DNA of 64,000 bases, taken from contig KZ538075.1 of assembly GCA_000934665.2 (NCBI GenBank), positions 62,001-126,000 of the forward strand, in the 5' to 3' direction. The notes below the pieces were generated by a model that made no database searches, was not told the DNA's origin, and saw only the letters and a program-made list of their open reading frames with translations. Position 1 is the first letter of the stretch, and each line of letters opens with the position of its first letter. Positions 52,991-64,000 of this stretch are shown in pieces. Made by a program: the position numbers and the translations under genes. Source of the DNA: Catajapyx aquilonaris. Lineage: Eukaryota.

Positions 52991-55900
52991 TGCAAGAAGG
53001 GGGGCTACGGCGTGTCATGGGTTTAGCATACTCGGCGTCGGGGCGTTTGTCATTTCCTTCATGCAAATGAGGGGCACTGGGACAACTTTGCTTGTTGCCG
53101 GATAAATGAGAGAGGGGTTTGATGTGGCACATGTGCGCATATTATTAGCAAGCCCAAGAGGTGGAGGAACATCAGGAGGAGGTGTTGGTGTCGGGTACCG
53201 CCCGCCGAAGTCGATTCCCAATTAAAAATTCCGGGGTGGAGACAGGGGCGGAGGGAGATAAAATCCGGTCCCTGTGTGCTGAAGGAAACAGGGTTAGGGA
53301 GGAGACGGCGTGAGTTGGAATGAATGAGGCTGAGAGAGACAGGAGGGAATCTTGCGGCCAGGAGATGTCCGGAGAAACACCGCCTAAACTAGTGACAAAT
53401 AGTCCGGGGCGCTCAACCGGAGCGGGATTCGGACCGTGTGCTCCCTTTCCTCAATTCACTCTTGGGTGATCCGGCCTTTCTCACAAGTTTCCAACGGGGG
53501 GGAAGAAGGGAGGGAAAAGGGGGCACAACTTCCCCAATCGATCGCACTGGCGGTTTGACAGAGGCTCCCGGGCTAGTTTGCATAATGACACATTTTCAAG
53601 ATGGCTGCCAACTCTCTCCCCACCGATTGGATTATATATATATATTTTAAAAAAAGAGCGTCGCGGCTGTCCTTTGTTCCGGCCACTATTTGGAAGCGTC
53701 TGGCTGCCATACACCTGATTAAGCTCACCTGTTGCGCCGCGTGTGTTACAGTCTCCAGTATGTATGAAACTACCGGGTCAGCTTTCCCAAGGTGGGCTCC
53801 CGATTCTAGACACGTTGCCCACACGTCATCGCTGTAAGTGACCCTGGCCACATTTGCGTAATTACCTCCTGGGGAGCATTTGTGCGGCCACTAAAAACCG
53901 TTTTCATCCGGTTAGAGGTGGGCGAGAGGTGTATGTGATGAGGCTTCAGAGTGACTCGGGGCTTTTCCGAGGCGACGGCCCCTTTTGCCAAATTTGATTC
54001 CTAGAGCCTGCGGACGGAGAGGTTTTAAAAATTCAGGACCAAAACACTTGCGATGTCACAAACATGCGATTTTGCAGCAGGTGTGTGGAGAAAGTTGCGT
54101 CGCGTCTGTACCTCATCTGCATGCGTTGGGGCCTCCGGACTAATTAAACCGGAGGAAGGGAGGGAAAGATGGGGGAGAGGCAAAAGTGGACCGGGGGAGT
54201 GAATGAGTGAGGTGAGGGTGAAAATAATTTCAGCCTGGACGTCACGTGGACTCGTTTTTTTTCTCCCCTCCCTCGAGGTGACAAAGCTGGACAAATAATG
54301 AGCCATCGTCTAGGGAAGGGGGTCAGTCATGTATATACGCTGGACTTATTAGCCAGCGAAAAGAGGGGGATCGATTGGGGGTGGGAGATCATTTGGTAAC
54401 GAATGTGTCAGCCCATGTGTGTCCAACTCCCACTGCACACACACTCACATGCTGAGTCAGCACCCCGTTCATCCCCAAGCTCCGCTCAAGCGGCAGGACA
54501 AAATCCGGACCAAAGGGCGGGGCAGTTTAGATTCGGCTGGGGATAGTTAGTTGTGACGGGATTTAGCCAACTTTGCATGGACCTCATCCCACCTCTGGGC
54601 CATTAGGGGGGGGGGGGGGGTAGCCTGGGTACAGGGACAAAGGTTTTTTTCCCATTCTTTTTTTTTTTTTTTGGCCAGTGGGTCGGAGGGTTGAGGGGCA
54701 AGACCCTTCGGGGCGTCGGCAGGGTTTCACTCCTTTTTTAGAACCTCGCCCCGAGTTTTAAAAGTAGACGACGGGTAGGCGGTCATATCCCGCCTTTCTT
54801 TGTTGCCCGAACGGCGTGACCTGGCTACCGGAAGCTGGACCCAACCCCTCGATAACGGATCAGACTGACCCGTGCATGTGTCACATTATTTTGGGAGGCG
54901 GTAAGCAGGGGGAAGATTAATAGCACGGAAGCATGAGTAACCGGCAGATTCTTCAATCTTTCTTGTGTTTACCCCCCAGCATGCAGCTGCCATTTTCCGA
55001 TTGTCGCATATATTTTTTTACAGGCGACAAAGGCATGATTAGTGGCAGGGGATTGGGATGATGAACGGTCGAAAAAGCTTCCTCCTTGGTCTTCCGACAG
55101 CCCAGCCGCAGCTCGGTTTCCTTCTTCCGCGTGGAAATGTGCAATTCCTCTCACCTGTTGCGAATGGCGCAGGAGCCCCGAGTTTGTGTTTGCCGCTCCG
55201 TATAATCCCGTCAGTACGCCTGTGCATAACCCGAGTTGTAATGTCAATACTGCTAATCATGACAGGCAGGGTGGGAGAGAGAAACTAATTTGCCGCGGAA
55301 AAGGAAGTGTGAGGGCGGCCCAAGACGGTCCAGCATCAGATGTGAAATCATGGTTCAGGTCTGGTGATTCTGAAGGTGACTGGCTAATTGAACTATGAGC
55401 TTGTCCTTGGTTTTGCATCCGGAATAACCGTTACTTTTTTTTTTTTTAACTGAGGGGGGGTGGACATCCCCTTGGGGGTTTCCATCGAAACATCTTGCAT
55501 TGGTGAAACCATTTCTCTCGGGAAGCCGTCGATTCGGATCAAACCACGGCCATCCGAGTCGGCGCCATCTACTTTGCATACGAGTAGCGCTGCCCCATTA
55601 CCATTATCTGTAGAAGGGAAGGACTGGAGGGTGTAAACCACTTCTTTATTCCTCGGGGCGCCTGAACTTTAAGCGAAATTGGCTTTTTATGCGCCATAAA
55701 GCCAACATTGGAAGAGGAGCTATACAGTTGGCTCATGGCGGCACTGAAACCTCTTCTCGCATGACCAGAATTCGTCAAGACGGAGGCCCCCAGCTCAAGG
55801 AAGGAAGCTCATTGTCCTCCTTCTGGCTGCAAAATACCCCCCTCAAGCCCCACCCTCTTTCCTTTGTCTTCACTTGAGGAGATACCAGTGCAGGGTCATC

Positions 55901-56044
55901 TACACCCGGAGATATTCACTATCTCCTCCCTAGGCTCCTTCCAAGAGTTGTCATAAACCTGGAGCGAAAATCCCTGGGTGCCCGCAGGACCTCAGGTTGA
56001 GTGCCTACACCGCATACACGCTGGCCGCATAAACATGTGTGTAA

Positions 56045-56580
56045 TTGCCCAGATGCCCTCACTTTATCCGGGACTTGCCTGCCGGAGTTTACGGCGCTTC
56101 TCGCGCCATGAACTTTATGAAAAGCACATTTGAAATTCAGGAGCAGGCGCCAGTAGTCGTGGTGCAAGCTAGCTACCTGGCGATAAACACCGCTGCCCGA
56201 ATCGCCCAAGACGACACATGTGGAGGTCATATAATATGTTGGCTCGCGATATGGACCTGCTGGGGAGGGGCCTCCTGCTGGGAAAACTGGCAGCTGTTGG
56301 AGATGTTGAGGAAAAACCAAGAGCAGGCCATCTTCTTTGTCCATGCAAAAAGGGAAGAGAGAAGGAAGGAGTGGGCGGCTGGTGAGAATCCTGGCTGGGT
56401 CAGGTCATCTGTGGGTGGCTTTGCACTGGAATAAACTTCCGCGCCTATCTGGCCAGTAGGATCACCAACCTTCCATCACGCGTCAGGCCCTATCACCGCC
56501 GACCATTCTGCTACCGACAACGTTTCTCAGGGAATGGCTGTTTTTACGGCTGTCCACCTATACCGGTTTTTTACCTTCCC
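56045..56580 (+). mobile_element. Decayed PIF/Harbinger transposase relic
   Basis: Motifs are RAMNFMKSTFEI (~R.NFRM.KSTFE.L), LAIW....S.WE..QLL, VGGF, FCYRQRFS (56506-56529, ~FNYK..FS) and AVHLYRF (~AVVD..YRF). Confidence 0.4.
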
Positions 56581-57739
56581 AATGGACAAAAGGTGTGAGT
56601 CATCCCACGTCCAAACGCTTATTGTGAATTGCGCGTTTCTGGGCTTACTCTTTAAGCGGCCAGGCCTCACAGCGGGGCTTTTGCTCAAGGTATATCAATA
56701 ATCTCTGGAAGGAAAAATCGTGTCCCGTATTTAATGGGCTCACATGTCGTGACCCTGTCCGGCTGCCTTTATTTTCTATCTACACTGCGTCGCTAAAGTG
56801 GACCCCGCCCGAAATACTCGCATTTGAAAATCCTAACAATATTCCACGCAGCCAGTTCCAGTACTACTTTATTACTATGCAATCGATGCGCTCAGCAGGT
56901 AAATCTTCCGGGCAAACTGCAGTTAGAAGGAAATTTGCAGGCAACATAAAAAAGGCCAGATCACGATGGTGTAAGAGAAGAGGGCAGACGGGTCAAAGGT
57001 GGCGATCGAGACCGATATCTCTCCCAAGTGAGGCCCTTTTGGCGCACACATGTCGCTGCGAGTCTGTCCGAAACCCACCTATTACATTGTTTTCCCAGGA
57101 AGAAAAGGTCCGAGCCGAAGCGCATGAGAATTAGGGTATTCGGAAGGTTATCACGAGAGGATTTTTTCGTGAGGGGCCACGTGATTTGATGCCTAGGCAT
57201 GCCATTAATGTCTGGAACGATGCTCACCTGAGGTTAGCTAATGAACAGTGGTCATTCACGAAGAGAACGTGACGAGGCTCAATTGCCGTAATCTCAGCCT
57301 ACGATTTGGGAAGCCTGCGCAATTAGTTAATTATACGAGTCAATGTTGGCAAAAAGGACCCGATGCCCAAGTGACTGGTCTTGACCCTTGCACGGAATAT
57401 AGTTAGTAACTGTCAAAAGTAATCGAAGTTGCTACCAATGTGGATAATCCGGTTTGTCACCACGCCTTGCAATTGCAACTTAACGGTACCGCACAGGGCC
57501 GTGTGTGTGAACTTTTTGGTGAAGAGACAGCAGGATAATTTTTATGAAAGACTTCCTGGGATTGCATGGTTTGGAATCGGGAGTGGGAGATGCCGGCGGT
57601 GATAAATTCCCGAGTCGGTTGTGCCCCCAATATGGGAAGGTCACGAGCTTCAATCATTTCTTATCATCGGGGGTGCTAAGAAGGGGCCTAATTGAACCAG
57701 GGGTCAACGCGTAGAAAATGCGAGGGTCTCGTTACATGG

Positions 57740-58230
57740 AGGCCGGCGCAATTTGTGTCAGGCCAGCGCTTTCAAACAACATCTTAATGAAAAATATGTT
57801 GTCCTCTGGGCTGGCGGGTCATTACTTTTTGGGCACCGGAGCCTGCAAGCGTTCACCTCTGAGGATACGGGTCATTGGCGCCCTTGTCAACATTCCGTTC
57901 GGTTCTGACTTGGCCGGGGTGTGGTCGGAAATTCGCCGCCTGTGTCTTGTCAAACCCTAATGTTATGGCCTCTATACCCAGTCAGCAATCGTTTAAGCTT
58001 ATCGTTAGTTGAACCTGCATTACTTTTTTTTTTTTTTTTTTTGCTGGAGAAAGATGGGGCTGCTCGCCCCGGATGGCATATATCACGGCCTTTCCGCTTC
58101 ATGTCACCGTCGTAGATGCACAGGCGACACTAACGGCCAGCGACAGGGCTACATTCCTCTTCGGCCATCGTGTTTGCATAATTTTGACATTCGGCTCCAT
58201 TTGAATCTGCCTGGAGGCCTGACGGGACCC
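57740..58230 (+). mobile_element. Possible decayed Harbinger transposase relic
   Basis: Motifs appear in order: YFLGTG...RVIGAL.NI (~Y.L.TG...R.IG.LF.I), LWP, GLLAPDG (~GA.DG), RQGYIPL (~RKGYHSL) and LPGG (~PGS). Confidence 0.35.
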
Positions 58231-60489
58231 CTTTCCTGGTGTGGGACCGATGCAAGTGTGGCTTAGGTAAGGTCTTGCCCAGGGCAACGCCCTCGGAGGG
58301 GCAGGGCCCACCTTTGGAAAGCCGTTAGAAGGATGAAGGGGGGGACCTTCTTTCTCGAACTCAATTACAGAGGCCCTTGTACTTCATCAGTGTCTGGAGC
58401 GACCGCCATTCGCCCAGCGTCTTGTCAAGACAATGCATGTGTCACCTACATTTTTCAGAAATTATTTTTCAATTTGCCCGACCTCCACATATTAGAAAAT
58501 TATTATATTTTTTGAAGGGGGCTACATCACCTGGTGCTGATTGGCTCCATGGTCAGGCCCGCCTGATTTTCCTCCTGAAACTCCAGGTGTTCCACATAAA
58601 CCTTGGTCCGAACACTCTTTGCCCCCCATCAGCGAGCCCTCCCCATTATTAATGGCCATTAGTGAGTTTCGGGCGGAGGGAATGGACCCTTTTCTTGCTG
58701 CTAAAAAGTTGGAGCCGTTTTTTCCCCTCCCACTGAGGGTTTGCCCTCGACCCTCTTTCACCTTGTCTACCTGCCGGACCCAGAAAGTGCCGCATGGAAA
58801 TGTAAATTGCGCAGTTTTTTATATAGCGAAAGGTGCCCCCCTTCCTTTTTTTTGACCCCTAGGGCACGCTGCTCCAACCTGCGCGACATTTTTTTCCAAT
58901 TAACGTATCACCTTACCCACCACATCCTTATCCCTTTATATAGGCTTATATACAATATCCTTTTTTTTTTTTACCCTACCTTTACCCCTGTGCGTTTTAA
59001 CTGCCCTTCTTTTGATTGGAGGCAAGCTGGTGGTCGGAACAAAAGGCGCGGAATGAAGAGTAGAATACAGGTGTTGGAGCATATCCCTTCCCAGATAGGC
59101 ATTGAAGCGTTCCATTGTTCTCAGGCAGTAGAAATCTGAGAAACTGACAATGTAAATGCCTCTGACTCCGTGCGACAAACGGCTAGTGGCAAAAAAAAAG
59201 AGGTTTACACGCCATTTACACATCATGTAGAGCATTTTTTTTAAAGGGAGCCAATGTTGCTGGTGGAAATTGTAGCAGGGAAAAGAGCTGGGTTGCTTTC
59301 TTCTCAGCTGATGCCGGCATTTTCTCTGAGAATGAATTACGGGGGGCTACCTTTTACCCGAACAATGCGTCTTAAACAATGCGCGAGTTCATGCTGGGGG
59401 TTGAAAGGGGACGCCACTATATTTTAGACAGCGTTATTAAGTGCTTCGCCTTGTTTAGGTACAGCGCAATTTTTATATTACAAGACAAGTCCCATCACTG
59501 TCATCTTGAGCTATGAAGTTATCAGCCGATTTTGGGCACGCGCTGAAATGGATTGCAGGGATAACGAGGCTGTAAATGGTCAAGGTTGACCAGAAGTGAC
59601 CTGCCCCATAATGAAGTCCTGCAAAAAGGCATTGTTTCTTTAGTTGGGGTGGTGGCATTGTCCTGGGGGGAACCTTAAATTAATTATAAATTATATAATA
59701 ATAAATTAAATAAATATTGTGGGCGCCTTGGTAGTGGGCAAGCTGGCGAAATGTTTCAAAGTCCGGAAGCGGCCACTGATCGTTTTAGGCACACGTGGCA
59801 ACGTTGCGGTCCGGAGTAATAAGCTCTTCAGTGCGGCTAATGAAAATTTACACCCGCGCATTGCAGGTTAATAGTCTGGGGCATTTTGTGCAGGAGTGTG
59901 GGGGGAAGTGTGTGTGGAGTGGCCTCGATGAATTACTCATGCTACCAGAGGGGGAGGAGGAGATAGGAAGGGGGAGGGGGTGAGCTTCTACTTTCCCCAG
60001 TTTGTACTTCTCAGTACTTGAAATTATTGTAGGACGAATAATTCCGGAGGAATACAAAGCGTGGGGGGAGGCTCGTAATCGGTTGGTAATTGAGGGTATC
60101 GAGGTTGGGTAATTACGGCCTGATTGGCTGTAGCATGGAGAAATTGTCAGGGGGAGGGATAATGAGAGGGCGACAGTGCTGAAATGTTATGGAGCAAAGG
60201 ATGGATTTGATGGTAGACGTGTGATTTCTAGGGAGCCCAGGTAATAACTGATTGATTACACCTATCGATTTGGGTCAGTGGGCCCATAGGTGGGCCCCAA
60301 TCATTCACCCAAGGGCCAAGACAAGGCGCCATTGTGCAAAGTAAATTTGGCCATTCTCTACGCTCTTCATCACTGTCTGCTGGCAAAGCAGAGAACCACT
60401 TCACACCCATATAGAAGTTGGTGCCTGAAGGTGGGGTCGGCCAGTAACAAATGTGCATGTAAGGAAACCACGTGAGATATGTGGAGAGA

Positions 60490-61165
60490 CGTGACCTCTT
60501 GGGCGTCAGTCCCGGAGTCCAAGGAATGCTCGCTTAATTACGTGCCAGTTTCCACAAGTGTCTTGTGTTTTAAAAAGCATTACATCTCACTAATAGCCAT
60601 TTTTCTTCTCCTTCCGCAGGTAAGTGACCGGAGAACCAGCTGCGTGGTCTGTCCTTCGCTGCTGACGTGATGTAAGGATGGAGTGAGGCGATGCATGTTC
60701 AAGCACTTCTTCTGGGGGCCAGGTCAGGGCACTTAATAAGGGCTGCGCTGACACACGGGGGACATGTTCAGGATAAACCTGCGTGGTTTATGTGAATAGG
60801 GGGGATCGCCGTTACTAGCAGGGATTGCAGTGTTCAATTGCGGACACGTTTTCGTGAAGAGTCCGGGGTGGTCTCCTTTGTCCATTGGAGGAGCTGATGG
60901 TGCAATTTGGGGGTCGCCAGCATGATGCCCCGACCACGGTGTCGCCACGGTATGGCCATAGGGTATGTTAAAAGTTGCGCCGACTTCCGGTCCTGCTGGC
61001 CATTTTCGGACCCACACGGTCACCAATAATCCGCTCAACCCAATCGCCATGCCAGTTATGAACCCGTATTTACAGGTCTTTGGGTCGCCTAATCTCGATA
61101 ATAGGATTGGTCAGAAGCCTGTCCCCGTCTGGGTCAGGAGGGTATTTCAGATGGCCAACGGAAAG
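60490..61165 (+). mobile_element. Decayed PIF/Harbinger DDE transposase relic
   Basis: Motifs are PES...VSTSVL, GCAD[acac]GGHVQ (60741-60771, ~GC.DG.HV with an AC slippage insertion), YVNRG...LQ..IAD (from 60789, ~YVNRK...LQ..D), GRQHDA (60912-60929), VMNPY (61055-61069) and VRRVFQMANGK (~VERAFG.LKGR). Order and spacing fit. Confidence 0.6.
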
Positions 61166-64000
61166 AATGAGAGTAGGGAGAAAGGGGACCTGACAATGAT
61201 GGATGAGAGATAATGTAAATCATTAAGCGTCACAAAGGGAATCTCATGCCCGGACAAAAAAATAAGTGGGGGGTAGGGGGAGCAGGGGGTTGGCGGTGGG
61301 GGGTAGGGGACAATGATATCGATGGTTGCTTGTAGTGATAATAGCCCTGGCAAGACAGGAAATTAAACCTGGGGAGGAATGGTTTGCTAGCTCTGCTGGC
61401 TGGATGTGTAGGAACAAGTTGCTCGCAATTCACTGTCAGACAAGACGCCTTCACATTTTTGCCTTCTTCAACTCCTGATCGCCCTCTGAAGGTCTCCTGA
61501 GGTGTGACAAGAACCGCGTAAGGTCACCGCCAGGAAACTCGGGTCAGATCCGGCGAAAATCCGTCACCGGTCACATTCAAAGTCGACCACAAGGAACTAA
61601 AACGCTTTTTCAGCCGTGTAATTTAAATGAGTTTCAAAGGATTTAAGCCCTTTCGGGAAAGAGTTATTACAACAGAGGTGGTTCAACTTGAGATTAGGAG
61701 CCGACTTCAATCGGCTGCTTTTCCATTTATGACCCGTTCCATTAGAGCTGTTTCCATGTATGATGCTGAGGGCCCCAAGCCCATCCCCAAAGAGCAGCGT
61801 TCAATTTTCCCGGCCTGGGGGAAAAAAATAGGGGCTGGTGGGAAACTGGTCCGGTAGAGGTCGAGCCGATGGTCACTTGACCCTTCGAAGGGATAAGGTC
61901 AGAAGGGACATCTCTGGCAGCAGCTGCAACCCTTCTTTTTCAAATCGGGTTTTTCCGTTGGAGGCCTTTTACATTTTTGAACCGCCCAATTCATCAATAA
62001 ATGTCCATTCATTGGCATGGATAGGGAGGGGATGGGACCCTTGCTTTTGCAGATGTTCCAAAAATTGAAGCAATTGCAAAAGGTCGACTCAGTCGGAATG
62101 ATTCAAAAATTTATGCCCTCTAAGATTGATCCGACTCTTTTCCGTTTCACTTCGGACGAGATTACTTCGGAACGAAATCTGATAATGGCCCGAAACGGTT
62201 TCCTCTTTTATCTTCCAAACGAAGTAATTCGCGCGGAAATCTCCCCAAGTTTTGTAATTGACAGGGAAGTTTGCAAATTATGGCGCAATAATTCAATTAA
62301 CGCCACACGGACGCGGATGTTTTGACTCTCTGTCTTGCGATTGGGCAACAAATATCCGGATTTTTGTGAGAGAAAAAAAAGCGTAATTCTTGAACCTTCC
62401 CCCGAAGCGTGAGGTAATTTTCGAACAAAAAGTCTGCAAAAGGGCGGAAACGAATAGGAAGTAAGAGCACAAAAGTCGGCAGATTTATTTCCCGGCCAGG
62501 TCAAAGGGTAGCAACCGGCCACCAGGGGAGGGTATAGAGGGGGAAAACCCACGCTCTGCTGACCTCTCGACGGGTCACTCTGACCCCGAACCAACTCACC
62601 AGACCCTTTTCCAGGACATAACGTCCCGTGAGACTGCATAAAATAGTCGGGAGGCAGGGTGGCTGCCCCTTTTTGTATGAATTTTACTGCCGGTTTGAAA
62701 TATTTATCTCCCCCAGGTTTTGTCATTGGGCTCGATCTAAAATCCGACAAAACTTGCAGCATACTGGTTTTTAACCCTCAGGATAGACGTTTTTCGACTC
62801 AGAGTCGAAAATAGTATATAATTCGGGGGTCCTGGTCTTACAAGGCATGGTTTCCAAATGGAGAACCCCTTTCATTTCTATTTTTTTTTTTTTTCAGGGG
62901 GGGTATTCCCTAACCATTTCCATTCTGGAAGGTCCCAACCACACTCGGCTCCTGGAATTCACCCGCCTTCTTCCCGGGAGGGGAAGAAAAAAAATCCGAC
63001 AGCTGTAACAAAATACACGAAAGCCTAAGGGTGGTGGGGGGTGTTTTAGAGAAAAAAAAGGACGAAGAGGGGGCTATTTCTGTTCCTCTGGCGGCCTTCC
63101 AGTGGTGAGGAAAGAGGCAGAGGGTTTTTTGGACACAGAGACCATCTTTGGCCTGTAACGGCTTCCAGGAGATTGTCCATGGTTCAAAAGCCTCTGAGCC
63201 AATGATGCGGATGAATCATTTTCAAAATGGACTGGTCAATGCCAGGTGCTGGTTTTTCTTTTTGGAACCGACTGTACTTTTTTATATATAAAAGGCGCGT
63301 ACTAAAGAGATCAGAAGCCGACTACCGTATAATTGGTCCATTCTTCACACATGTCGTTCCATTATACGTGCTTGCGTAAGATGGTATCAGTGCATCGTAT
63401 GCTTGTTTATCATGGGAATCATCACCACCTCTGAGGATGGGATGCGAACCCGGATATTTTCGGTGTGAACAATTTTTTTCCAGACTTCCCGATAGTGGAA
63501 CCGGGAACTACTGCCCACTAGTTTTCTCCCAATTGAGCAAAAAGGCAGCCGCTAATTAATAATAACCGTGCAACACAAAAAAAGCGTGGAAATTCTATGA
63601 CCGGAAGCATTCATGGATTAACTGGACACTGGTGATGGCCCTTTTTTTTTTTCATGACCTGCATCAAGATCTGTGCGTGAGAAATCCGCCGCCTAATGGC
63701 GGTGTTTCCCAACTTCATTTTTTTTGCACCTTTTTCCCGTCATCATTTCCTTGCATCAGGTCAGTTTAGTTTCAAGGTTGAGGACCGCGGTACATACACA
63801 CACAAAAAATGGCTGATCCGGATTTTTGTTCGAGGGTCACCGGTTGTGTAATCTTTTCGCATGGTGTTGGCAAAAGGTGTGAGAAGAACCAGACGTGACG
63901 TGGCCACATATGTGAGTGATTAGGGGAGTTAATTAGCGCTCGACAGGTTGGTCCCGATTGCCTGCCATCTGGGATAGTTTCGACACTAAGGTTAGCCGGA

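Larger units (their letters stand above)
42364..64000 (+). other. Intron 1 of the putative BCL11-like gene (extends beyond window)
   Basis: It starts with GTAACA. I found no downstream exon encoding the expected LTCGxC...F.L..I..FI.HK CCHC finger in the window. Confidence 0.5.

Noticed and set aside
63430..63455. Minus-strand B-box-like GGGTTCGCATCCC
   Set aside because: No A box or cloverleaf is visible, so it cannot be supported as a tRNA or SINE.
1..64000. CRISPR arrays, prokaryotic operons or defence systems, rRNA, intact transposase or reverse transcriptase ORFs
   Set aside because: I saw no regularly spaced repeats, no long coding-dense ORFs and no rRNA-like sequence. The window has the character of eukaryotic intergenic and intronic DNA.

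Overview
This is eukaryotic, almost entirely non-coding DNA of moderate GC content with AG/CT microsatellites and many G/C homopolymer runs, most likely from an arthropod. I found no prokaryotic operon, CRISPR array, rRNA or intact tRNA, and nearly all ORFs in the track look like chance ORFs. The one host gene I can support starts at about 41.7 kb on the + strand. It has a GC/CpG-rich promoter with a TCAGTC initiator, a ~610-nt 5' leader with two uORFs, and a 37-nt first coding exon (MRIKMPAVRIAQ, phase-1 GT donor). From memory this resembles the N-terminus of arthropod BCL11/CTIP (Drosophila CG9650/Chronophage) zinc-finger proteins. Intron 1 runs past the window end (>21 kb) and the upstream 41 kb has no recognisable host gene. 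The main hidden structure is that both flanks appear to carry many heavily decayed PIF/Harbinger (DDE_Tnp_4-type) transposase relics. I read about 14 candidate copies by eye from ordered motifs across frameshifts, so each needs HMM confirmation. There are also a 192-bp fold-back MITE, a short TIR MITE and a possible tRNA-derived SINE fragment.
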